This document shows, one piece after another, positions 38,159-48,435 of a DNA stretch of 64,000 nucleotides. The notes under the pieces are model-generated. The model saw only the letters and a program-made list of their open reading frames with translations. It had not been told where the DNA came from and ran no database searches. Position numbers and translations under genes: made by a program. Source of the stretch: an uncultured delta proteobacterium (lineage in GTDB: Bacteria > Desulfobacterota > Desulfobacteria > Desulfobacterales > JAHEIW01); assembly GCA_963706575.1 (NCBI GenBank), contig CAVPNL010000003.1, forward strand, positions 64,001 through 128,000. Reading direction: 5' to 3'. Positions within the stretch are counted from its first letter, which is position 1. Every line of letters starts with the position of its first letter.

Positions 38159-38668
38159 ATGACAATACTAAAAATTCTCACATATCCGGACCAAACACTC
38201 CGCAAACCCACCAGCGAGCTGGACAATATCGACGGTGACGTACAAAAAATGATCGATCAAATGTCATCCGCCATGTATGACGCCCCCGGCGTTGGGCTGG
38301 CAGCTATCCAGGTGGGATGGGATAAAAGCGTGCTCATCTATGATATCTCTGCTTCGGATCAAGATCGATCGTTGCAAGTCCTTATCAATCCACGCATCGT
38401 CGATCAGGAGGGTGAAATTCTTTCTGAAAATGAGGGCTGTCTGAGCGTTCCTGAATTCAGAGCGGATGTGAAGCGTTATTCTTCGATCCTGGTGGAAGGC
38501 ATCGACCGCGAAGGTCGCCCGGTTCAATTGAAAGCCGAGGGCATGCTTGCAATCGTTCTGCAACATGAAATTGATCATTTAAAGGGTAAATTATTTATTG
38601 ATCATGTCAGCGCTTTAAAACGACAGCTTTATACGCGCCGCATGAAAAAGAAATTGCGCTCAAAGTGA
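38159..38668 (+). CDS. def: Peptide deformylase
   Basis: GVGLAAIQVG, EGCLS, QHEIDH; likely start ATG 38159. Confidence 0.97.
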   Translation: MTILKILTYPDQTLRKPTSELDNIDGDVQKMIDQMSSAMYDAPGVGLAAIQVGWDKSVLIYDISASDQDRSLQVLINPRIVDQEGEILSENEGCLSVPEFRADVKRYSSILVEGIDREGRPVQLKAEGMLAIVLQHEIDHLKGKLFIDHVSALKRQLYTRRMKKKLRSK

Positions 38669-39606
38669 ATTCTTCGTTTACGATTATTTTTATGGGCACA
38701 CCCGATTTTGCGGTTCCGGCCCTGCAGGCGCTGATCCAAAATGGTTATAATGTTCCATTAGTCGTTACTCAGCCCGACCGGCCCAAAGGCCGCGGCCGCA
38801 AACGGGTTGCGCCCCCGGTTAAATTAAAGGCGCTGGAACTGGACCTGGAAGTGTTGCAACCGTCAACGCTCAGAGATGAGAAATTCAGGGATCAGATCAG
38901 GCAGCTGCAGCCCGATTTTTTCGTCGTTCTTGCCTTTGGCCACATACTTTCAGAAAATATCCTTCAGCTTCCCAGGTTGGGAACCATCAATATCCACGCC
39001 TCTTTACTTCCAAAATACCGCGGTCCGGCACCGATCCAATGGGCCATCATCAATGGAGAGTCGGAAACCGGCATCACCACCATGTTGATGGACAAAGGGG
39101 TTGACACCGGAGATATCCTGCTCAGTCAAAAAGAACCCATCTTTCCTGAAGATACGGCCGCCACCTTGCATGATCGTCTGGCAGGCTGCGGTGCCGATCT
39201 TCTTGTAAAAACCCTGCAAGGATTTGCATCTGAAAACATAAAACCGATCCCACAGGATCACCATAAAGCCACCAATGCCCCTCTATTAAAAAAGCAGGAT
39301 GGTCATATCTGCTGGCAAAAACCAGCTGACGAACTGGATGCCTTTATTCGCGGCATGACGCCCTGGCCGGGAGCCTTTACCTTTCACCAAAAAAATCGCC
39401 TGATAATATTAAAAGCTGCTCCGATTCCAGAAAATCTAACAGAACCCGCAGGAACCATTCTCGAAGCCTTTCCCGATGAATTGTGCGTGGCCACGGGCAA
39501 GGGTGTATTATCCATCTCAGAGATTAAAGGACCTTCCGGAAAGCGACTTGGTGTTGCGGATTTTCTTCGGGGATACAAGTTTCCACCAGGAACCGTTCTA
39601 ACTTAA
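38665..39606 (+). CDS. fmt: Methionyl-tRNA formyltransferase
   Basis: FMGTPDFA, TQPDRPKGRG, NIHASLLPKYRG. Confidence 0.97.
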   Translation: MNSSFTIIFMGTPDFAVPALQALIQNGYNVPLVVTQPDRPKGRGRKRVAPPVKLKALELDLEVLQPSTLRDEKFRDQIRQLQPDFFVVLAFGHILSENILQLPRLGTINIHASLLPKYRGPAPIQWAIINGESETGITTMLMDKGVDTGDILLSQKEPIFPEDTAATLHDRLAGCGADLLVKTLQGFASENIKPIPQDHHKATNAPLLKKQDGHICWQKPADELDAFIRGMTPWPGAFTFHQKNRLIILKAAPIPENLTEPAGTILEAFPDELCVATGKGVLSISEIKGPSGKRLGVADFLRGYKFPPGTVLT

Positions 39607-39610
39607 TATC

Positions 39611-40969
39611 ATGCCCCACGATCCACGTAAAACCGCTTTAGATGTATTAAACACGTTAACCAGGGGCAAAAAAACCTTGGACAGCATCCTGCGCGATATC
39701 CCCCAACATGACAGATACCTTTCCAGAAGGGATCGGGCCCTGTTTACGGCTATGGTTTACGGTGTTTTAAGATGGCGCAGCCGGCTGGATCACATTATTC
39801 TCCATTTTTCAAAGATCCCTATTCAAAAAATTGAGCCCGGAGTCTTAAATATCCTGCGTCTGGGATTGTTCCAGATACTCTATCTGGATCGCATCCCAGA
39901 TTCGGCAGCTGTTAACACCTCGGTTGAGATGACCAAACAGATCGGCGCTTTCCGGGCCGCCGGCTTTGTCAATGCCCTGCTGCGCAAATCAGCCACAAAT
40001 TACGGCAGTGTTCATTTCCCTGCATTTGAAACCGATCCGGTCGCTTTTTTATCAGCCGGCCAATCATTGCCCGGCTGGCTGGCGAAACGCTGGTTAAAAC
40101 GCTTCGACAAAGAATCGCTCATGACCCTGTGCAATACGATCAACTCCGTACCACCCATTACCATCAGGACAAATACCCTTAAAACAGCGCGAGAACAGTT
40201 GATCTTATCACTTGAAAAAGAGGTAGAGCGCATTGAATCCACAACCACAGCGCCCGATGGGATCAGATTGTTTAATCCGAGACGATCCATTTCCGACCTG
40301 CCCGCATTTAACGACGGCTGGTTTCAGGTTCAGGACGAAGCTGCCCAGCTCGTCTCGTTGCTGCTCGATCCGCAGCCGGGAGAATCGGTGCTGGATGCCT
40401 GCGCCGGGCTCGGCGGCAAAACAGCTCACCTTGCCCAGCTCCTGCGAAACAAAGGCAGCATAATGGCCATGGACAAAGATGAAAAGAAACTCCAGCAGCT
40501 TGATTCTGAGATGCAGCGGCTCGGTATATCCATTGTACGCACAACCTGCTATGATTTGAATTTACCTTTGGACACAAAACTGCTGGGTGGTTTTGACCGA
40601 ATTCTGCTGGATGCCCCCTGCTCCGGCTTGGGTGTCCTGCGGCGCAATCCGGACATTAAATGGAAATCAAGCGAAGCGGGTCTCAAGCGTCATGCCGGCG
40701 TTCAGAAACGATTTCTCGAAAATCTGGCCCCGCTGGTTCAACCCAATGGCATCCTGGTTTACGCGGTCTGCAGTATTGAACCTGAAGAAAACGAAGCGGT
40801 TATTGCCGCCTTTTTGAAAAAACACCCGGAATTTGTTATAGATAAGAGTCTGGGCAAGCTACCCGAAACCTTACATTCACTGGTTGAGCCCGGAACCGGT
40901 TTTAAAACCCTTCCGCTTCTCAACCATATGGATGGCTTTTATTTCGTGCGTCTGAAAAGAATAAAGTGA
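39611..40969 (+). CDS. rsmB: 16S rRNA m5C967 methyltransferase
   Basis: NusB-like N-terminus; QDEAAQ, DACAGLGGKT, DAPCSGLG, YAVCS; follows def-fmt. Confidence 0.95.
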   Translation: MPHDPRKTALDVLNTLTRGKKTLDSILRDIPQHDRYLSRRDRALFTAMVYGVLRWRSRLDHIILHFSKIPIQKIEPGVLNILRLGLFQILYLDRIPDSAAVNTSVEMTKQIGAFRAAGFVNALLRKSATNYGSVHFPAFETDPVAFLSAGQSLPGWLAKRWLKRFDKESLMTLCNTINSVPPITIRTNTLKTAREQLILSLEKEVERIESTTTAPDGIRLFNPRRSISDLPAFNDGWFQVQDEAAQLVSLLLDPQPGESVLDACAGLGGKTAHLAQLLRNKGSIMAMDKDEKKLQQLDSEMQRLGISIVRTTCYDLNLPLDTKLLGGFDRILLDAPCSGLGVLRRNPDIKWKSSEAGLKRHAGVQKRFLENLAPLVQPNGILVYAVCSIEPEENEAVIAAFLKKHPEFVIDKSLGKLPETLHSLVEPGTGFKTLPLLNHMDGFYFVRLKRIK

Positions 40970-41937
40970 TTGCAAAAATTGCCAAAATAGGCGGTGTGGC
41001 GTTTGCATTTGTGGTGGTGGTCGGAATCAGCGCCTATCTCACCCTTACGCTGATCATCAAAAGCGAAGATACGGTTATTGTTCCGGATCTTGAGGGCAAA
41101 GATGTCGTATATGCCCTTGAACTGCTGACCGAGCTGGAGCTCAACACCAAGGTAAAGGGATCGGAATACACAACCGATATTCCCAAAAATCATGTGGTCT
41201 TTCAGGAACCGCAGCCGGGCTCTGAAATCAAAAAAGGCCGCGATGTTAAAATCATTATATCCAAAGGCCCCAAAACCGTATCCATGCCCAATTTGATTGC
41301 GCTTTCGATTCAGCAAGCCAATATCATTCTGGAAGAAAACGACATGTGCCAGGGTGAGCTGTCCCGCACTTACCATACGGAATTAGAAAAGGATGGCATC
41401 ATCGCACAGGTTCCCGCTGCGGGTGCCATTATCGCCAGGGGCGCATGCATCGATCTTTTGGTGAGCAAGGGCGCCCGGCCCGGCGCATTCAAAATGCCCG
41501 ATCTTGCCGGGTTAACGCTTGAGGATGCATTGCAATCGATTGAAAAGGTGAGTCTAACCATTGGCCAGCTAAATTCCGCCTATCAGAAAAACAAGCCCCA
41601 TAATATCATCGTGGAACAGGAACCCGCATCCGGCCAGCGGGTTATCGTCGGCAGCCCGGTCAGCCTGCTGATAAACCGCGAACCTCAGAAAGAAAGATCG
41701 GGCCAATTGTACGGGCAGGCAGCCGGCAGCCTTTTCAGCTATCGACTGGATAACGGATTTTTAAACCGCCGTATCCGCGTCAGCCTCAACAGCGCCGGAT
41801 TTACAAATGACCTCTTTGATGGTTTTGTCAAGGCCGGTGAGGAAATCTGGTTATTGATACCGCGGGATAAAGAGGCCACCTTGTTTTTATATGAGAATGA
41901 TCGCCTGATAAAGACCCAGACCTACGATGCGTATTAG
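40966..41937 (+). CDS. PASTA-domain membrane protein (3 PASTA repeats)
   Basis: N-terminal TM; VPDLEG, MPNL, MPDLAG; QEP.PG, ISKG. Confidence 0.88.
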   Translation: MIAKIAKIGGVAFAFVVVVGISAYLTLTLIIKSEDTVIVPDLEGKDVVYALELLTELELNTKVKGSEYTTDIPKNHVVFQEPQPGSEIKKGRDVKIIISKGPKTVSMPNLIALSIQQANIILEENDMCQGELSRTYHTELEKDGIIAQVPAAGAIIARGACIDLLVSKGARPGAFKMPDLAGLTLEDALQSIEKVSLTIGQLNSAYQKNKPHNIIVEQEPASGQRVIVGSPVSLLINREPQKERSGQLYGQAAGSLFSYRLDNGFLNRRIRVSLNSAGFTNDLFDGFVKAGEEIWLLIPRDKEATLFLYENDRLIKTQTYDAY

Positions 41938-41940
41938 CTG

Positions 41941-42041
41941 TCAGGGTTCAGAGGTCAGATAACAAAAAACAGAAGACAGATAGTCGCTTCATCTTCCGTT
42001 CTTACCATCTGTCTTCTGTCGTCCGGCCTTTGTCCTCTGAA
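41941..42041. repeat. Intergenic inverted element with ~7-nt subrepeats
   Basis: TCAGAGGTCAGA...ACAGAAGACAGA ... TCTGTCTTCTGT...TGTCCTCTGA. Confidence 0.55.
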
Positions 42042-42088
42042 AATTTGACAACAGACAACTGATAAGCGACCTTTTGGAGAATAGAATT

Positions 42089-42748
42089 ATGAGATTGATT
42101 GCGCCCTCGATACTTTCTGCCGATTTTTCAAAGCTTGGAGATGAAATCAAGGCCGTCGAAGCTGCCGGTGCAGACTGGATACATGCCGACGTCATGGACG
42201 GTCACTTTGTACCCAACATTACCATCGGACCGCTGATCGTCGAAGCGGTGAAGCGTGTAACGGACCTTCCGATCGATGTGCACTTGATGATCGAAAATCC
42301 GGATAACTATATCTCCGCGTTTGCCGAAGCCGGAGCCTCCCATATTTCGGTTCAGGTTGAAACCTGCATCCATCTTAACCGCACGGTTCAGCTAATTAAG
42401 GATTGCGGTGCACAGGCAGGGGTTGTTCTGAATCCTTCCACGCCTTTGGCAAATCTTGAGTGGGTCCTTGAGGATGTCGACTATGTTCTGATTATGAGTG
42501 TCAACCCCGGCTTTGGCGGCCAGGCATTTATTCCCAGCAGCCTTGATAAAATCAAAGCATTGCGACAACAGATTCAGGATCGGGGACTATCGGTTCTAAT
42601 CCAAGTTGACGGCGGGGTTAATGAAAAAACCATTTCACAAATCGCTTCCGCCGGTACAGATGTATTTGTAGCCGGCTCGGCCATTTTCGGCAGCAAGGAC
42701 TATCAAAAGACCATTCAAAGTTTCCGCCAGAAAATAAGCGAACATTAG
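42089..42748 (+). CDS. rpe: Ribulose-phosphate 3-epimerase
   Basis: [40 protein letters not shown]. Confidence 0.97.
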   Translation: MRLIAPSILSADFSKLGDEIKAVEAAGADWIHADVMDGHFVPNITIGPLIVEAVKRVTDLPIDVHLMIENPDNYISAFAEAGASHISVQVETCIHLNRTVQLIKDCGAQAGVVLNPSTPLANLEWVLEDVDYVLIMSVNPGFGGQAFIPSSLDKIKALRQQIQDRGLSVLIQVDGGVNEKTISQIASAGTDVFVAGSAIFGSKDYQKTIQSFRQKISEH

Positions 42749-42928
42749 GCTTTAACAGTTCTCAGGATTCAATGACAAATTCCCGGCAAATTAATCTGCC
42801 TCATTTTTTGCAGATGTCGCCCCCGTCGGATAACCGCTCCAAAACTTACCGCGTCAAACAAAACAGGCAGGGTTTATTTTTACCCTGCCTGTAGGAACGT
42901 GAATCCGCAGTTCAAATTTTGTCGGCGG

Positions 42929-43177
42929 TTATGAAGCTTTTTTCCCCAGAAAAACACTGCACCATTTATAGACCCGCGCCCAGGCGCTGCGGCGTTCTCC
43001 GGATAGACGCCGCTCTCTACCTTTGCGGCGCTCATCGCCTCCCTCGGTAAAGTAATCCAGGTTGTATAGCTTACGCTTGTCTTCACCGGAGCGCCGATCG
43101 ACCAGCGAGCGTCTCATAGGGGATTTTGAGATTGCTTTCTTGAGATCAGCTTCTTTTATGTTGTCAATATTTTCCAT
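42929..43177 (-). CDS. Small Arg-rich hypothetical protein with repeated (D/E)RR motifs
   Basis: RRSLVDRRSGEDKR...ERRKGRERRLSGERR. Confidence 0.65.
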   Translation of the reverse strand: MENIDNIKEADLKKAISKSPMRRSLVDRRSGEDKRKLYNLDYFTEGGDERRKGRERRLSGERRSAWARVYKWCSVFLGKKAS

Positions 43178-43392
43178 GGCACATTATTCAGATTGAATAT
43201 CGGTGGGGAGATTTCATATCCATAATGGCCCGCTATCTTGTAAGCCACTATAAACTAAACAAAATATTATGTCAAATCCTGACATAAAAAATGAATCAAA
43301 ATCATTATAGTGGACAAAAGAAGCATAAAGTAATAATCTTATACCTAAGTTGAGCGTTACAAATTTTAAAAATAAAAATATAAAAAGCACTG

Positions 43393-43896
43393 ATGGAAGG
43401 AAAAAGCTCACTAATACAGGGCCTGCCCCTTATCACCGTAATCTTAGCGCTGCTGCTTTTTATTATTTTTCGAGTGGTATCTCGCTTTAAAAAGCAGGCC
43501 CTTGGAGATACCGGCGGAAAAAACCTGCCCCATTTTCAGGTGGAAGTAAAAGCTAAAGAAGATCAACCCGAACGAATTCAGCTCAAATGCCCCGCCTTAA
43601 TCGATAAATCCAAAGGGGTGATGAAAGTCGGTATAAAAGAACTCACTACAAACGGCGCCTTTGTCACCTGCCCCAATCCATTTCCGGTCGGAGAATCTTT
43701 TCCGATAAGGATTTTATTAGATGACCATGACCCGCAAACGTTCAATGCAGAGGTGGTGTGGAACAATCAAAACGTCCTTGAAGAAGAAATCGTGACCCGC
43801 GGAATGAAAGTTCGGTTTCTGAAGTTATCTGAAAGTGATCGAAAAGCGATTAATGAGATTATGACACTCGGCCGGCAGGCCAAAGCCCTCTCCTAA
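43393..43896 (+). CDS. Membrane-anchored degenerate PilZ-domain protein
   Basis: N-terminal TM; ELTTNGAFV, AEVVW, GMKVRFLKLS. Confidence 0.75.
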   Translation: MEGKSSLIQGLPLITVILALLLFIIFRVVSRFKKQALGDTGGKNLPHFQVEVKAKEDQPERIQLKCPALIDKSKGVMKVGIKELTTNGAFVTCPNPFPVGESFPIRILLDDHDPQTFNAEVVWNNQNVLEEEIVTRGMKVRFLKLSESDRKAINEIMTLGRQAKALS

Positions 43897-44062
43897 TTCT
43901 ATACCAATAGACGCTCCAACCTATTTTGCCCCTAATTCTTATATTCCTGCAAAATTTTAAGTAGGTCTATCATAGACCGCGAAATGGAATTTTTCCTTAT
44001 TATAAAATCCTTATTCTAGCATATCAGCCAACAATAAATCTAATGTCTTGCCAAAATATTGC

Positions 44063-44091
44063 TTGACAGGGAGACAAATTGCCATTAAATT
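44063..44091 (+). promoter_or_regulatory. sigma-70 promoter of the tetR operon
   Basis: TTGACA-N17-TAAATT. Confidence 0.65.
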
Positions 44092-44113
44092 ATGACTGAC
44101 CAGTCGGTCATAA
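44090..44113. promoter_or_regulatory. TetR-type operator palindrome
   Basis: TTATGACTGACCAGTCGGTCATAA near-perfect dyad overlapping the -10/+1 region. Confidence 0.75.
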
Positions 44114-44200
44114 CATTTCTATAAACTAAATTTTTATTTTTTATATTTTATTTTCAAATAGTTAATCTTCGACTACTTAGTCAGTTAAAGGAGATGATTT

Positions 44201-44809
44201 TTGAACACCAACGCCAGTGTTCGCAGTAAAAAGAAAGAACAAATCATTGAAGCGGCCGCCCGGGTTTTTTCCCGCAGCGGCTATTCCAATACCGTGGTCG
44301 CCGATATCGCCCTGCAGGCCAATATCGGTAAAGGAACCGTATATGAGTATTTCAATAGCAAAGAAGACCTGTTTTTTGCGGTGTTCGAGTGGTTTCAAAA
44401 AAAAACCGAGAAGGCCGCAGTGGTTGGCATCTCCGCCCTTGGGGGCGGTGCAGCCGACCGCCTGAAGGCTTTAAATGAAAGTCTGATGGGACAGTGGAGT
44501 GAGATCAAAGATGTGTTTGTGCTGGTTATGGAATTCTGGTCAGCTTCCTGTTCGACCCAAATGCGCCAGCGATTCAAAGGTGCCTTTAAACAGCTTTATG
44601 ATGATTACCGCCAGTTTGTGGCTGCGTTGATCCAGGATGGAATCAACAGCGGAGAATTCCGTTCGGATGTCAACCCCGAGCCGGTGGCGGCGGCATTAGT
44701 GGGTACCTGGGATGCCCTCTTCCTGCAGGCCTGGTTTGACGACGGCTTTGATCCCGCTGCAACCGCAAATGATTTTCTGGATACCCTGCTGCGCGGATTG
44801 GCTGCATAG
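44201..44809 (+). CDS. TetR/AcrR family regulator
   Basis: IIEAAARVF...GY...IA..ANIGKGTVYEYFNSKEDL. Confidence 0.93.
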   Translation: MNTNASVRSKKKEQIIEAAARVFSRSGYSNTVVADIALQANIGKGTVYEYFNSKEDLFFAVFEWFQKKTEKAAVVGISALGGGAADRLKALNESLMGQWSEIKDVFVLVMEFWSASCSTQMRQRFKGAFKQLYDDYRQFVAALIQDGINSGEFRSDVNPEPVAAALVGTWDALFLQAWFDDGFDPAATANDFLDTLLRGLAA

Positions 44810-44830
44810 AACTGATAAAAGGAATATAAA

Positions 44831-45592
44831 ATGACGCCAAGAGCGATCAAATTAATTATTCTGATCCTGTTTCCCACCCTGGCATTCATATCACCCTGCC
44901 CTGCCCAAGACGCCGATGAAATTGTCACGGCAGGCTTTCATTACTGGCGGGGCAAGGCCTCCATCGCTACCGTTAAGATGTTAATCCACCGTGAAGATTG
45001 GGAGCGGTCCATGACCATAAAGGCATGGACCCGGGGGCAAAAAGACAGCCTGTTTTATATTGCCGCACCGCCAAAGGACTACGGCAACGGCACCTTGAAA
45101 AAAGACCGCGAAATGTGGATTTACAATCCCAAGGTCAACCGCGTGGTCAAAGTTCCCCCTTCCATGATGAGCCAGTCCTGGATGGGATCGGACTTTTCAA
45201 ATAACGACCTGGCAAAATCTGACAGCCTGCTGCAGGATTACCATCATTCCATCATCGGAACCGAGACCCATGAAGGCAAAACGGTCTATATCATCAAATC
45301 CATGCCCAAACCCGACGCACCGGTGGTTTGGGGCATGCAGCACCTTAAAATTCGCGAGGATCAGATCTGGCTGAGCGAGGAATTTTTTGACGAGAACCTC
45401 CAGCCGGTTAAAATCATGACCGCCATGGAAATTCAGATGCTGGGTGGCAAGTTATTTCCCAGAGTATGGCGAATGCGAAATGTCGACGAGCAGGACCGCT
45501 ACACGCAACTGACCTATGAATCTCTGGAATTCAAATCCGGTTTGCCGGACCGTCTGTTTACCTTGAGCAGTCTGAAGCAGCGCAGGAGGTAA
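44831..45592 (+). CDS. LolA-like outer-membrane lipoprotein-sorting family protein
   Basis: Signal peptide; MWIYNP, SWMGSDFSNNDL; precedes the ABC permeases. Confidence 0.8.
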   Translation: MTPRAIKLIILILFPTLAFISPCPAQDADEIVTAGFHYWRGKASIATVKMLIHREDWERSMTIKAWTRGQKDSLFYIAAPPKDYGNGTLKKDREMWIYNPKVNRVVKVPPSMMSQSWMGSDFSNNDLAKSDSLLQDYHHSIIGTETHEGKTVYIIKSMPKPDAPVVWGMQHLKIREDQIWLSEEFFDENLQPVKIMTAMEIQMLGGKLFPRVWRMRNVDEQDRYTQLTYESLEFKSGLPDRLFTLSSLKQRRR

Positions 45593-45596
45593 CGCT

Positions 45597-46835
45597 TTGT
45601 CCATCGAAACCATTATGGCCTGGCGCAATATCTGGCGCAATTCCCGTCGCACCGTCTTAACCGTGTGCGCCATCACATTTGCCACTGTTTTGTTGGTGTT
45701 TATGCTGTCCTTTCAGTTTGGCAGCTATGAAACCATGATAAACACGTCGGTGAAGATCAGCACCGGACACCTGCAGGTTCAGGCCGAAAAATACCAGGAA
45801 AAAAAGAGCATCCGGTTTGTCATTCCCGAACCCCGGGTTATTGCCGACATTGTGGATCAAATTCCTGAGGTGGCCGCCTATACATTCAGAGGGCAGGCAT
45901 TTTCACTCATTTCTTCAAAAGATAGAACTTACGGGGTGGTGGTGACCGGAATCGATCCGCAAAAAGAGGTAAATGTCTCCAGAATAAAAAAATTGGTTCA
46001 GGCCGGAAATTTTTTAGCGGCAGACGATGTCAACCAGGCGCTGGTGGGCAAGTTGTTAGCGAAAAATCTGCGCGTGACGATCGGTGATGAACTGACATTG
46101 CTCGGTCAGGGACGGGACGGATCAATTGGCGCTACCGTGGTTCAGGTGAAAGGGATATTCCGCTCGGGTATCGATGAATTTGACCGCTCAGCGATGCAAA
46201 TCCCGCTGTCCACCTTTCAGGAGACCTTCAGCATGGAGGAGGCCGTGCATGAAGTGGTGGTCATCGGAAAATCATTATCGGATGTATCCAGGATAAAGGC
46301 TCAATTAAAAGCCGCTCTTTTAGTTCACAACAACGGCAAACCTTTAAAAACCTTGGACTGGCAGGAACTGATGCCGGGTTTGCGGCAGGCGATTGAAATG
46401 GATCTGGTCAGCGGGCTGATTATTTATGGCATTTTGATCATCGTAGTGGCATTCAGCATTTTAAATACCTTTCTAATGGCGATTTTTGAGCGCACAAAGG
46501 AATTCGGTGTGATGATGGCCATGGGAACAACTCCCCGGCGTTTAACCAAAATACTGCTAATCGAATCCATGAGCATGACCCTGATCGGCATCATCACCGG
46601 TATTTGTATCGGAATCGGGATTACCACCTATTTTCAGATTCACGGCATTGATTTTTCCGGGGGATCGGAGCTGTTGAGTCAATTCGGCATCACCGGCCGA
46701 ATGTATCCGAAACTATCGTTGCTGTCGGTCTCAATCGGCCCGTTTATGGTGCTGTTTTTCACCTTTTTTGCGGCTTTATATCCGGCCCTGAAGGTTCGCC
46801 GGCTGCGACCCGTGGAGGCCATGACAGCCATATAG
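45597..46835 (+). CDS. ABC permease, LolC/E-FtsX-MacB family
   Basis: AWRNIWRNSRRT, NTFLMAIFERTKEFG, YPA. Confidence 0.9.
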   Translation: MSIETIMAWRNIWRNSRRTVLTVCAITFATVLLVFMLSFQFGSYETMINTSVKISTGHLQVQAEKYQEKKSIRFVIPEPRVIADIVDQIPEVAAYTFRGQAFSLISSKDRTYGVVVTGIDPQKEVNVSRIKKLVQAGNFLAADDVNQALVGKLLAKNLRVTIGDELTLLGQGRDGSIGATVVQVKGIFRSGIDEFDRSAMQIPLSTFQETFSMEEAVHEVVVIGKSLSDVSRIKAQLKAALLVHNNGKPLKTLDWQELMPGLRQAIEMDLVSGLIIYGILIIVVAFSILNTFLMAIFERTKEFGVMMAMGTTPRRLTKILLIESMSMTLIGIITGICIGIGITTYFQIHGIDFSGGSELLSQFGITGRMYPKLSLLSVSIGPFMVLFFTFFAALYPALKVRRLRPVEAMTAI

Positions 46836-46872
46836 AATGCGGAAGTCGGAATGGGGAATGGGGACATTTTTT

Positions 46873-46952
46873 ACCACAGAGAACACAGAGTCCGCAGAGA
46901 TAGATAATAAATTAAATAAAAAGACTCCGTGATCTCTGTGAGCTCTGTGGTT
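46873..46952. repeat. REP-like palindromic element
   Basis: ACCACAGAGAACACAGAG...AT-rich spacer...CTCTGTGAGCTCTGTGGT. Confidence 0.65.
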
Positions 46953-47016
46953 CAAATTACTTTTAATTTTAGGCATTTTAGATCATTTTAGTAACTTTAC
47001 ACTTTAGGCATTTTTT

Positions 47017-48240
47017 ATGTATCTACAACTCGCATGGCGAAATATCTGGCGAAATCCCCGGCGCACAACTGTCATATTGGCGGCAGTGATCATCGGGGTG
47101 TGGAGCATGATTTTTCTGGGTGCCCTGATGCGTGGGATTGCGATGGGTATGGTGAAAAACGGGATCGCAACGCTCACCGGCCATATTCAGATTCACCACA
47201 AAGGCTATCGCGATGATCCGGCCATTGAAAACAGCATGTTCGATCGCCAGGTTGTTGAAAAGGCATTGAGCGAAAGCTTACCCCGCCGGGCGCACTGGAC
47301 CAGCCGCGTGCGCGTAAATGCCATTGCCAACAACGCCAGACATTCAAGCGGCGTAACCATGGTGGGTATTGATTCCCTGGCGGAGGCAAAAATTTCATTT
47401 ATTGGCTCAGCCATTTCCAAAGGAGGCTACCTGGCTCAAGGCGATTCAAACGGCATCCTTATCGGGCAAGCCTTGCTGGAGAAGTTTGAGACCAAAGTCG
47501 GGCGCAAACTGGTGCTGATGTCCCAGGATAAGGCGCAGGAAATTGCATCCCGGGCCTTTCGTATTGTCGGTGTGTTCAGAGCGGAAATGGAATCCACCGA
47601 GAAGCAATTTGTATTTGTTTCCCGGTCAGCCGGTCAGAAAATGCTCAAATTGGGCCATGGCATCTCGGAAATCGCCATTCTTTTAGCCGATGGTTACGAA
47701 AACCGCGATGTCTACAATAAATTAAAAGCCGCCCTGCCCGCAGACCAATTCGAGGTCCATAGCTGGCGGGAACTGCTGCCTTTCCAGACCGCATATTTAA
47801 GGATACTCGATGGATTTATGTGGTTCTGGTTTTTGGTGGTTTTTGTGGCCATGGGATTCGGCATCGTCAATACAACACTTATGGCTGTATTCGAGCGCAT
47901 GCGAGAGTTTGGCTTGATGAAGGCCCTGGGAATGAAACCCTGGTGGATTCTGCGGGAGGTCCTGGTGGAATCCTTTCTACTTTTGATCTGCGGCCTGATC
48001 GTCGGTAATTTTTTGGGCTTCTTAAGTATTTTCGCCCTATCCGGTAGTGGTATTGACCTTTCCGCCCTGGCAGCCGGCGCCGAATATGCCGGCATGGCGC
48101 GCATCATCTACCCGGCCATTGCGGTCAAGGACGTTCTGGTGGCGAACTTAACAGTGTTATTGCTGGGTCTATTGGTGAGCCTCTATCCGGCCATAAAGGC
48201 TTCTCGTTTTACGCCGGTAGAAGCCTTAACGCATACTTAA
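47017..48240 (+). CDS. ABC permease, LolC/E-FtsX-MacB family
   Basis: AWRNIWRNPRRT, NTTLMAVFERMREFG, YPA. Confidence 0.9.
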   Translation: MYLQLAWRNIWRNPRRTTVILAAVIIGVWSMIFLGALMRGIAMGMVKNGIATLTGHIQIHHKGYRDDPAIENSMFDRQVVEKALSESLPRRAHWTSRVRVNAIANNARHSSGVTMVGIDSLAEAKISFIGSAISKGGYLAQGDSNGILIGQALLEKFETKVGRKLVLMSQDKAQEIASRAFRIVGVFRAEMESTEKQFVFVSRSAGQKMLKLGHGISEIAILLADGYENRDVYNKLKAALPADQFEVHSWRELLPFQTAYLRILDGFMWFWFLVVFVAMGFGIVNTTLMAVFERMREFGLMKALGMKPWWILREVLVESFLLLICGLIVGNFLGFLSIFALSGSGIDLSALAAGAEYAGMARIIYPAIAVKDVLVANLTVLLLGLLVSLYPAIKASRFTPVEALTHT

Positions 48241-48247
48241 TTTTGGG

Positions 48248-48373
48248 AAATGCCTAAATTGCCTAAAATGAGCTAAAATGAACTAAAATTAGAAATCCTT
48301 TCGTCGTCATTACTATGTATGGAGAATATGTTTTTATTTTAGGCAGTTTAAATTATAGTCATTTTAGGCATTT
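48248..48373. repeat. Inverted element made of ~10-nt units (CTAAAATG / CATTTTAG)
   Basis: AAATGCCTAAATTGCCTAAAATGAGCTAAAATGAACTAAAA ... CATTTTAGGCATTT; the right arm also occurs alone at ~46967-47015. Confidence 0.6.
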
Positions 48374-48435
48374 GTAAATATTATCTGAGAAATAACTTTA
48401 AATTGCGCATTTTCCAATTAGCAAGGAGTTTTTAA

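Noticed and set aside
36040..42748. Novelty in the ribF-def-fmt-rsmB-PASTA-rpe block
   Set aside because: Ordinary conserved housekeeping neighbourhood
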